Assembly (NCBI GenBank): GCA_038496445.1
Contig: JALMLS010000299.1
Coordinates: forward strand, 62,001-126,000
DNA from: Trichosphaerium sp. ATCC 40318
Taxonomy: Eukaryota; Protista; Tubulinea
Direction of reading: 5' to 3'
Length of the DNA stretch: 64,000 nt
Both the position numbers and the translations under genes were made by a program. The notes below the pieces were generated by a model. It made no database searches and was not told the DNA's origin. It saw nothing but the letters and a program-made list of their open reading frames with translations. Below, one piece after another: positions 36,836-47,816 of the stretch (positions are counted from its first letter, which is position 1; the number at the start of each line of letters is the position of its first letter).

Positions 36836-37924
36836 ATGTTTTGCAAGGTACGTACAGACAAATATTAACTTATTATATACCTATTGGTGTATATAATTAC
36901 TTCTAAAACAAACTACAAGGTTGTATTGTTTTGTGGTTTGTTGTGTGCTCTTGCATTAGCTCAAGAATGCACCATCGCTGAAGTTAAACAATTTGGAGGC
37001 AACTTCGCACCGAGGAATTGGGCATTTTGTGCTGGGCAATTACTAGGTATGTCATTGCTGTTGGTTGGCGATTAGGAATCTAAATTATTCTTTACGTTAG
37101 CGATAAGTTCGAACCAAGCTCTGTTTGCCCTTCTGGGTACCACATACGGTGGGGATGGCCGAACTACATTTGCGTACGTAGTTGATTACGTTTGCATAGC
37201 ACAAGTTTTAAATAGAGTTATAGGCTTCCTGATATGCGTGGACGCTCTCCAATGGGCGCTGGTACAGGTCCAGGTACGTACTGCTCTGTTTTTACTCAGG
37301 TTTTGGGTGTTTTGTCGAATAACGTCGTATAGGTCTTACCCCAAGGACACTGGGTCAAAAAATTGGTTCTGAAGATGCTCCTCTGCCTGCCCATGGGCAC
37401 AGTATTAACTTGGGTGCTGCAACTGTTGCGACTACCACACAACTTTCTGGAAGCCCAGGTTTATCCGGAATTAGCGTCTCTTCCGCGTCACAAACAGTAG
37501 AATTTCAGGCGTCCACTACTACTTCAAGAAAGGAGGCGCCAGTTCCTCCACCATGTAGTGCAACACCTTTGCAAAACATGCTAAGAGTTGCAAACTCTTG
37601 TCAAGAATTAGTGGACAATTGCCCTATAGCAATTGTGAATGCTACAGATATAGGAACAGCATCTAATACTATAGATACAACTGGATTTGGAGTTGACGCT
37701 TCCAACATTGCTGTAGAAGGTAAACAACATTTTTGACCTATTTTCTATTCTCTTTTTTTTTTGTATTGCGTTGTCTAACCACACTGCTAGTTATTGCAAC
37801 TACAACGGCTACACTTTCAAGTGGTTCAGTATCATCAACAACTCCTGGTGCTACAAACGTACACCCTGTCTTAGCAACAAACTATATCATCTGCTTGCAG
37901 GGAGTTTTCCCTTCACGTAATTAA
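36836..37924 (+). CDS. Phage tail-collar / microcystin-dependent protein (MdpB)-like protein with signal peptide and 5 introns
   Basis: Spliced: IAEVKQFGGNFAPRNWAFCAGQLLAISSNQALFALLGTTYGGDGRTTFALPDMRGRSPMGAGTGPGLTPRTLGQKIG...LPAHGH...HPVLATNYIICLQGVFPSRN. Confidence 0.9.
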
Positions 37925-38234
37925 GTGCGGAGATTGGTTGATGGTTCAAACTCAAATAAATTAAATAGCTTTTCAACACGCGCAGAATAATCACCTTGTA
38001 TTCTACTTTGTTCAATTATTTTTTCGCTCACTTATGTCATACACTCTCCTATTAAGCTCAAAAAATTACTAAATGTCAACGTAAGATATAAGATTTTGAT
38101 GCAAAGTTGTTTTAATGTCTAAACTACAAGTTGTACAATTTGCATTTTACAGGCGTTTTACAGGGAGTTTGTTTATGCATTAACCTTTTAAATGAGCTGT
38201 GGTACGAGTGATCTAGGCTCAAACTATCGACGTG

Positions 38235-38371
38235 GAGGTTGCACATCTTAGGTGTGATCAAACACAAGGCGAACTAAGGACTTTAAACCTCTTCTATCTA
38301 ATAAAAAGAAAAAAAAACAAAAGCAAAAGTCCTTAGTTCGTCTCATGTCGTCACACCGGACGTGCAACCTC
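38235..38371 (-). other. Imperfect ~45-bp inverted repeat (RNA hairpin) spanning the stop codon and 3' UTR
   Basis: gaggttgcac...cgaactaaggacttt (38235-38284) versus aaagtccttagttcg...gtgcaacctc (38326-38371). Confidence 0.8.
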
Positions 38372-40072
38372 TTCTAACCAGTCCAGTTCCAAGTGACTAT
38401 CCGTATTGAATAAATCCTCAAAAGGCTGGGGGTTCCACACGTCGGTAGCAACAGAACCAGCCTACATCTGATATTTAGATTAACCAACACGTTTTGTCAC
38501 AAAAAAAAATATACAAAACTAAGTACGTACACTGCTCAAGGCGCTTGCTGCGAGGTGTGCTCTTTTCAAATCACTATTCTCATTTTTGAGTTGTTGATTT
38601 TCCATTTTTAAGTCATTTGTAAGACGTCTTGCTGAAAAAAGCTCCATTTGAACGTTTTTTAACTCTTCTCTTAGTTTTAAAATCTCAGAATGCTCTGCTG
38701 TTGTGAGCTGAATACTCCCAGCACTTGGAGGGAGAGGTACCATTGAACCAGAACCAGGGGTTTCTAGAACAAAGGACATAGGGTCTTCAACAGGCACATT
38801 ATTCTCAACTTTGCGTATCATTTCGGCTACATGATAACCGGATTTATACTCGGCTACTGCTTGTCTACCGTCTTGAAAACTAACCAACAACGAAGAGTGT
38901 TGGTCAGGAGATATCCTATACAGGCGAATAAGCTCGGTTGATTTGTTTTCAATTTTTGTTTTCCTTTCTTTCGAAAAAAGAAAAAAAAAGCTCTAATCGT
39001 GTTGTGAACGTACTCTATTATGTATTTCTTTCCTCGTAAATGTGCTTCTCTATCACTTCGTGATAATGCACCAACAATATGCCTCTGGGCGAGCTGTTCT
39101 TTCCAGAATTGATGAACGCTTTTTCCACCAACATACAACATATAGAACTTTAGTATACCAGTTACTATGAATGCGTGTTTCATTCTGTTTTCTTCGCTTT
39201 AAGGGAAAAAGTTAGTAAAATAGACCAAAAAAGACACTACTTTGGCTTTTAGCCTAAACGTACTTTATAGCTGAAAATATTTCGCTTGGAGTACAACCCC
39301 ACGCGTGCTTTTGTACTTTTCGTTTCTTTGAGCGAGTTAGACTATTACTTCTTTCGTTATGAGCCGACCCGCCGTATTGCTTGTGATACAATTCAAGCCA
39401 ATCTGCGATGTAGTGTTGTAATTGTGTATGTGTTGGCTGGTTGTAAGACTAAAACGATAAATGTGAGTCTTCTTGCAAAAAACGAAAGCTTTTTCTTCTT
39501 GTACGTACGATGAAGTGTGGCCATAGTTCTTTTACGCAAGTGGCTAAGCCGTTTCCGGGACCTCGATGAAACCCGATTGGAAAAGCTCTTTGAATAGTTG
39601 CGCCGCTCTGAAAGCGTACTGTTATAATTATCAAAGAAGGCTTGCTGGGCCTAAATACCATTTAAAACCTTTAAAAAACAAAAACCTCGGCGTACGGTTG
39701 CGCTAACAACGCAGGCGATAAATCAATCATCTTTCCTGAGCTAAATGAGCTACTAGGGTTGTGTTTGGGAAAGTGTTGTTTTGCCTTTAGAAGAAATAAG
39801 CTTTGAGTAGTTCTACAAAGATTCAGGCGTACCAAATCAACGTGAGCACAGTGTATAGCCATAATTTGATGCTGTGTTACAATCTCCACTGGTAGAGGGT
39901 AAAGGATGTTTCTAACCTTATCTTTTATCCTGCATAACAGCAAACGCGGATGTATGTTGAAGGAAGGTGGTAAATTTCTTTGCAGGTTGAATATTTGTTC
40001 TCTGGGAGACAGCGGTGGGAGCTCTCTGGGAGAGAACCCCAAGTCGCTAGCTTTACGTTTTCGTGGGTACAT
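38351..40072 (-). CDS. Uncharacterised multi-exon protein with NLS-like start, coiled coil and acidic C-terminal tail
   Basis: MYPRKRK start; EILKLREELKNVQMELF...LKMENQQLKNENSDLK; last exon ...FEDLFNTDSHLELDWLEEVARPV*. Confidence 0.6.
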
Positions 40073-40405
40073 GCGGTAACACCGCACTGACGAAAAGCTG
40101 CCAGTTTTTTGGATAGTTTTTAGAAAAGGCAACCTTCGGTCTTTGTGAGTCTTTGAAAGATGTTATACATTGTTAAAAGGTAACTGTAAAGATAATCCTC
40201 GTTATGCCGTTGAGCGTGTGAGGCGCTAAGAAAAAGGGTAATGGGTTATGTGCACGACAGTGCACGCGTTTGTATCTAATTTTCACTTTACAGATTTTGA
40301 TCATCAAATCTTTTTTCTGCTTTCTAATTTTCTACGTACATTTACATCACGTGGTAAATTGTGGTATTAAACACCTAACAGTGATACTCAGCGACTAACA
40401 ATAGG

Positions 40406-41102
40406 ATGGTCAGATTTTACTTATTGTTGGTTAGCGTTTAAAAGGTTTTTTTATACGGCTGCTAACAGGTTCAAAGGCAGCGTGCTTTTACGTGTATGCA
40501 GCGCAAGAACTACCAAACTTTGGTATAATGTCTAGCGCTTTTTCAAACGGCACAGAGATCCCCGAAGACTTCGGATGCGTCAAAGGAAACAACGACAAAC
40601 CTTCGGTACACTTTTCTACTTTGAATCAAATTAACGGTACAACGTTCCTAGATCCCTCTACTTTGGGCGAAACCACCGCCAACGGCCAAGAGCTTTGTGG
40701 TATTAATGCACGATCCTGATGCCATTCCAGTACGAGACGCCTACACACATGCCGCCAGCTGACTTTTGAAACTAGGTAGTTGGGTTAGACTACATCCATT
40801 GGCTTGTAGTGGATATTCCACCATCAACGTTCCAGCTTGGTGCCGGTGCATCTAACAAAGACATGCCAGAGGGTGCTATTGAACTAGAAAACTCAAGGAA
40901 AACAAAGGGTTACACGCCTCCATGCCCTCCAACGCCTCAAGTTCATACGTACCGTGTCCACGTATATGCAAGAGCAGAAGAAAAAACTACAATAGATACT
41001 TCAAGCAGAGATGCACGTGATGTGTTGAAACAGTTAGAAGAGGGCAACGTGGGAATATCCGACGAATTAGATGGATTGTATCATCAACCAGGTCGGTACT
41101 AA
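40406..41102 (+). CDS. YbhB/YbcL-family PEBP (Raf kinase inhibitor-like), secreted, with introns
   Basis: SSAFSNGTEIP, KSFVVLMHDPDA, YIHWLVVDIP, GYTPPCPP, HTYRVHVYA; hydrophobic N-terminus. Confidence 0.88.
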
Positions 41103-41227
41103 GTAAAACTCTTTAAGAATCCACGTGTTAGTTAATTTATATTAATTATTTTTGGTTTTTTTTACAATTGCACTGCAAGGTTATGTATCTTCTTTTCTTT
41201 GCTGGTAGGCATGTTCAGTACTCAAAC

Positions 41228-42254
41228 TTAAGCTCTTGAGAACCGGTGAATTGATAATACCTCATTGAAAGCTCGTCTGAGTAAAATTTGCTGTTTGATT
41301 GTTGTTAGATGCATCCCTAGAGTTGTTTCGTAAAGCGTACCTTGCTGGTGAAGCCTTCTTTTTTAAATGCAGCTATGATATCACTTGGTTTATTCTGCCT
41401 TTCTAATACCAAATAAAAGCATCCTTTAGGAGATAAAATATCCTTAAACAAGTCAACCTCAAAGATTACAATGTCACAATAAAATTAGTTGAGACGTACT
41501 TTTACTTGGGGAATTAATTTTAAAAGAGGAACAACACCTTTCTCTCCTCCAGCCCAAGAAGCATAAATATCATCCCTTCCAAGTTCATCATCACCTGTTG
41601 GTACATACTACGAACCTTGTCAATTGTGACACATCATTACAATGGCAATGTCTATCGTACAGGTGGGTTGAACATAAGTATATCAATGTTACTCCATAGT
41701 CGTCCTAATCCTGACGCTAAGTTTGCACGTACTGCCTCAACAAATACCTGGTGGCAAGTTAAAGACTAGTTTTTTGTAAATTGTTCATCTGTGCTACCTT
41801 GTTGGCGATTGCTGTCTTCTGAGTGGCAATTGCTGCTTTTGGATTAATGTCAGTTGCATAACAAACTATTCAGGTGTCAGAATAAACTGTTGTGATACAT
41901 AATCAAGCCCTATGATCAAATTTGGTTCATGCCATTGTCTTTAATTCCAATTTTTTGTAGTAGACTAGCCAGAGCCACTATTACTGTACCAGAGCCACTG
42001 CCTAGAATGTGATTAAGGATAGGAATGCGAAGTTAAGCGTTATTACCAATTTCTAGGCAAAAATACGGTTTAATTGCCTTAATGTGCTCTCTGTCCTTCC
42101 AAAGCGCGTCAAGGAACAAATACGTATCCGCTTCTATACATAATTGAGTAACAGACTTGAAAATAAGCCTACCTGGCTCATAAACATGTTTAAAATCTTC
42201 ACGGGTTAAATGAGCAACAGAAGGCGTTGGAAGGCCTGCGAGAGCGTCTTCCAT
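41228..42254 (-). CDS. N6AMT1: HemK-family eRF1 glutamine methyltransferase (N6AMT1/HEMK2/Mtq2)
   Basis: VYEP-EADTYLFLDAL, CLEIGSGSG, MFNPPYVPT, WAGGEKG, RRAFNEVL. Confidence 0.9.
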
Positions 42255-42373
42255 ACACTCTTACAGTTGATTATAAACGAAATAATTGCTCTGAAAGCCA
42301 AGAATGTAATTGACTCGCGTACAAAATTAGCCACTTCTGTACCTGACTACCTGTTTAAACAGCACTCAACGCC

Positions 42374-44678
42374 ATGTCATTTCTACAACGCTTGTCAGGA
42401 ACAGGTAAGTGCTACAACATGTATTTGATTTAGTAACATTGTAGACTTGTCGGACAGCGAGGAAGACACGGACAGCGGTATAGGCTCTCCGTATAATTTA
42501 AAACATAATGTACGTGATCGCCAAAAACAAAAAAATTAAACGTTTAAAAGTAATTGGCTAATATTATTGTTAGGTTCATGTTAATCGTGACTTCAAGTGG
42601 CTTGGTGATAAAGCAGATGAAATGTTTGTTCTTAAGGTGCATTTAATAGCTTTAAATTAGCGTCAGTTACTAATTGTACGTAGGATAAACTTGGTGAAGG
42701 GTGCGTCACTTCAAATCACGTGGTAGTTGATTCTTTACCAAAGTTTTGATTTTACAAAAAACTAGAATAACATCTTGTCATTCGTTTCTTAATGACTATC
42801 CTAGAGCCTATGGAGTCGTTCATAGAGCAGTGCATAAAGAGCAACACACCTTCGAGATAGCTATCAAACAGGTTTTTACTGGTTCAGAGACTAAGGAATC
42901 ATCGTAAGCGAGAACCGTTACAAGTGGAGTGTTGGGTTTTTTACATTTGTAACTCAACACAAAAAACCCCTTTTATAAACAATTATCTAACGTGCAAAGT
43001 GAGATAAAAAAGGAGATTGATATTCTGCAGAAGCTAAATAACCCGTATATTGTAAAATACTACGGGTCGTACATCAAAACAGAGTACATTTTGCCCAAAA
43101 ACAACAATATCATTTATGTTTATTCTTATTAGCGCCCTATTCATTCTAATGGAGATTGCAGAACTAGGATCAATGCGCGATGTAATGAAGAAGTTAGGAC
43201 GTTCTTTACACGAAATGGAGGTGGCGCAGGTGCGCTAGTGAATAGAGATAAATTACAAACTGAAGAAAACAACTATTTTTTTCTAAATAGCTTTGTAGGT
43301 TACTGTGTGCTGTTTAAAAGGTTTGGAGTATCTTCACGAACAAAATATTATTCACAGAGACGTAAACATTAGTTTAAAAAAAATACTCGTTGTCAACAAC
43401 AAACTAGACACGTGATTTATTTTTGTTTTTTTCCAGGTGAAAGCAGCTAATATATTACTGACTGGAAGTGGTAAAGTAAAACTAACAGATTTTGGTGTTT
43501 CAGAACAAATATGCAATACATTGTTTGCAGGTACTTTTGTCGGTACTCCTCTATGGATGGTATGATATTCTAGAATATTTAATTGTACATCTTTGTACTT
43601 ACTGAGATGATATCATAGGCTCCTGAAGTAATCACCAAATCCAAGTACAATAAAAAAGTAAGAATGCGGAAAATTCAAAGGTCTTAATTCTAACTCACTA
43701 CAAAAAGGCAGATATATGGAGTTTAGGTATTACTATAATAGAAATAGCAGACGGTTATCCACCACATAGCGACATGCATCCTTTCCACGCCATGTTCAAG
43801 GTACCTAAGCTTTGTTCCCTGTGTTTTTAACTTTGTCATATTAGATTCCCTTTAAACCTCCACCTACCGTTGTCAATCCATCTGCTTGGTCGCCTCTTTT
43901 TAATGAATTTGTCGCCGAACTCTTACAAAAGGACTACAAGAAGAGACCGGATGCGACAACTCTTTTAACTGTACATATACATCTCGTATTTACTATGCAC
44001 TAACTGACCATTAGCACTCATTCTCTACAACCCTCGCTAAAGGCGAAGCCTCCCTAAAGCCACTCATAGCGGAGGCAAGACAAGCAAAACAAAATCCAAT
44101 TACAAATGGAAACAGTACTTTAGGAACATACGAGGTGAACATTTTCAATTACAAACAACCTTTTCTCTTACAATTGAAGTAGAATGAGAGTTTATCTTTC
44201 TTAACGGACGTCTCCAGCCCTAGTCTTAAAGACAAGAAAGTAGGAAAGACGATCCCTATGTCATTCGGATCAGGAACGTTTGTGGAGCACTCGGACAACA
44301 CCGTAATACATCATGGAACAACCTTTTCTGATGGAGCTGGAACTTTTGTTTGTAATTCATCTGACGGAGAAATGCCAGAAATGGAAGGCTTCAATCCATT
44401 CAAAGCATCTCCAAGTGACCCATCACCATTGGCATCATTCGTACCTAACCCTGACGCATACCAGACGTTCAATAGAACAGTCATTAACTCCAAAGGAGGT
44501 ACACTTTTCAGTGCTCGAAAATTGTATTAATCTTTTTTATCTGTTAGTAATGCAAGATATTGTCTATGTAACACGTGGAACTCAAACGCCAAAAATGGAT
44601 GATTCGTTAAAACATGAAGCCCTATTATTTGTGTTTATAAGCGCTATGGCAGTATTCTTGGGAAGCCTGTTCTGGTAA
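42374..44678 (+). CDS. STE20-family (MST/Krs-like) Ser/Thr kinase with C-terminal hydrophobic segment
   Basis: [62 protein letters not shown]. Confidence 0.92.
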
Positions 44679-44920
44679 ATCAAAAAGCAGGAAAAATGTA
44701 ATTATTAAAATTAATTGTTTTTAAAAGACAACACTCAAAAATCAACAATTGTTGTACCAGTATTTCTTACTTTATAATATAAAGTACGAAGTCTTGAAAA
44801 GCTTGTCCAAAGCCGGCACTTTTAGGTTCTCTCGTCCCTCTGGCTAAAAAAAAGACTGAATCTCTATTTTCGAGTTTCAAGAGCAACAAGAGCGTTATTA
44901 AAATATGTAGAAATTTAGTA

Positions 44921-45923
44921 TTACAAGTCCATTTCGTCACTCTCTTCTTTAATGACCACAAACGTAGATTTAGCTAATATATTATCTAAAAGAACGTCAT
45001 TTAGTGGATAAAACAAAAAGTCTTGAAAAACAAACAAACTAGCGCAAAAATACGGACCTTGTGCTGCCCAATAACGTGACACTTTTAACCCTGCATTTCC
45101 AGGCTTAGCATCTGGCTCATCTGTTGTAACATCAACTTCTGCGATGCCATCATTTCCGTTTGAAGAAGCTATTTTTTTTTTAATTGTTTTTATCACTAGA
45201 ACACATCCAAACCACGCGTAAAACATACCTTGGATCTTATTTCCGTATTGTACTTTGACTTTTATGTCTCCTGTTATTGGTATTTTTTTTCCTTTGCCTG
45301 TAAGTGGAAGCCAAGCTTCTAGAGCCTTTTCAGAGGTCAGTGAGGCACTAAACAATTTTTTTGTCCAACTTATTTTTTTCATCAAAAAAAGACTCAAAAC
45401 CGCGAAAACCGATAAAAGGAAACGTACTTGATCTCCGCTTAGCAGTTTTGTGTTGAATTTTACAGTTGAAATACCAATACCCTTATCCTTACCTAATTTT
45501 TTGCATTCCCATACTCGTACACATATACCAGCGAATACAGAAGGTACATTACTACGTATTCATAAGGGAACAAAAACCAACCCAAAAAATCTTTTTTTGT
45601 CGATTATCTCGTAAACGGCTTTGTTTGAACGTACAATTTTAGTTTGGAGTCCCATATTGGATCCGTTGAACCTAATGAAAAGTTAGACTTCTGACACCCA
45701 AATTACACTATAAACTAGCTACAGTACCTTTGTGCATAGCAGATTTTTTCTCTTTAGCTATTTTACCACCCAGTTCATCTAAACATTGCACAGAACAGTA
45801 TATTTTCTTTGATGATACTAATTTACGCCCTTGCAGTACTGTACGGAGGATTAGACCGAAATAGGAATCAATTGGTTAAAACATACTGTGGACAACTAAG
45901 CATTCGTTAAGGGTGTCTGCCAT
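44921..45923 (-). CDS. C2-domain protein
   Basis: VLQGRKL, YCSVQ, VRVWECKKLGKDKGIG, WLPLTGKGKKIPITGDIKVKVQY. Confidence 0.75.
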
Positions 45924-46489
45924 CTTTCTATAAACGCGAATACAAGATTGCAGCCGTGTTGCTAGATGAGTAGAGCGTAAAACCAAAAATTCTTCGCGAA
46001 TCAACTTAACTTCAGCGAATTGTAAATTTAGGATAACTACAAAACTTTGGCTCACTTGTGTACGTCTGAGCTCGTAAGCCGTATGGATTGTTGAACACGA
46101 CGTAGACGTAGGGCTTTTAACCCTACTTTCAAGTAAAAGACACAAGGGATGCCCATTGTGCCATGAACCCAAGGAAAGAGTTTAACCAACGACCTACAAT
46201 TAAGAGAAACCTGCTTGGCGGCTTTAACAGGCAAGTGAAGTTTTCATGAATTTGTAAAACTGGAAAAACGAATAAGAATCATAAAACGCAATATAATTTC
46301 GTATTAAGTGCGCCACTCGGTTATTGCTTTGCTCATGTGCAGACCACCAATATCAATTAGAGAGTGCGGTGAAGCAATCAAAGTCAGTCACGCCGAAATT
46401 CAACACATACAAGTCAAATAAACTGCAAGTACAAAAAGATTGGTATTTATTGTACAATAGGGGCTGCCAGTACTATAATAATGATAGCA

Positions 46490-47582
46490 TCAATTATTAA
46501 ACCAGCATATACGTTTTCCTTGGGCGTTCTTCTTGTTAAGTTGAGAGCCACATATTGGCACAACTACTACGAAATACAGCAAAATGAGTACACCAACGAA
46601 TATACAAAATCCAATTGAGACATAAGGATGAGCAAGAAGCCAAGCAGCAAGCCTCTCTTTCTTGACATGCTTTTTCGCTAGAAAAAAAAAAAGAAGATTA
46701 GACACGTGTCTTACACAGATTATAAAAAAAGAGTACCTTTCCTTGATGTGTATTCACTCACCTTAAAAAATCGAGTGTTAATAATAGACGAATAAAGTAT
46801 AATCAGAGAGCTGAGGTACCTGAGAAAGAAGTGGAATTTTAATTTTTCTGCGTAACACTATAGGATCCAAGTCTATTGTTTGTACTTGTTTATCATTAGC
46901 CAAGTCACCATCCATTACTTCAACCTTTTTTAAACCTCTGTAAGCTAAAAATGTCCAAAAGAGCCAAAAAAAAATAAGGAAAAATGTGACACTTGTTCAT
47001 TGTTCAAGTTTGTATTGCGTACGCCAATGTCAACGTCATCTTTAATCGCTTCGCTATAGCGTTTTGTTGTACTCTCTAGAAAGTCTTTAAAGTCTTCATT
47101 CATCTCAAATCGCATTGGTTGACGCCTTTCTCTTGCCATCTCTTCAAGTGATGACTTGTAGTCATTCAAGAATTGTAGTTTAACCTCCTGGAGGAATGCA
47201 TAGGCAGTTCTCGTTGGAAATCGTTGATGAGTAATGCATAAGTATGTAAAACCTTCACTAATGACCATGTGTATAGTGAATTCATTATATCTATCGCGTG
47301 TGAGCGTAGGAAGGTATTGAAAGAAAGTTAAGTGGAATATTGTTGTTTACGCTGTACGCGCTAATAATCAACTTTCATTGCTAATGGCGTACTTGTAAGA
47401 GCATTTTGGGAAGCTTGGATCCACAACTGATAGTAATTCTTGGCTAAACGCTTTAAATGTACCTAATTGCGTAGAAAAATTCGCCAGTGGTATTTTACCA
47501 CTATTTACATTAGTTAGTTATAATTTTGTGCATTAATTTAATAATACCTAGCTACCATACAGTAGAGAAGACTGTGTTCCAT
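46490..47582 (-). CDS. VAMP7-like longin-domain tail-anchored protein
   Basis: LLYCMVA, GFTYLCITHQRFPTRTAYAFLQEVKLQF (longin); C-terminal TM IGFCIFVGVLILLYFVVVVPIC. Confidence 0.8.
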
Positions 47583-47816
47583 GCGGCAGTGCTTGCATTA
47601 ACTGAGAGAGTACACTTTACAAACACGTGACCAGAATTGACTCAACCGAATTAAGGTCAGTCAAAAGTGCTTGCGAACCGGCTTGAAATTCCGTCTTGAG
47701 AAGAATTAAAACCTTGGTAATAAGCCGCTATTCAGTAGTTGTAATTTGGTCAAAAGAACAAGCAATTAGAGCAGTGTACAAGAGTGCGATAGTTGTAATT
47801 AGTGGACATTTAAAAT

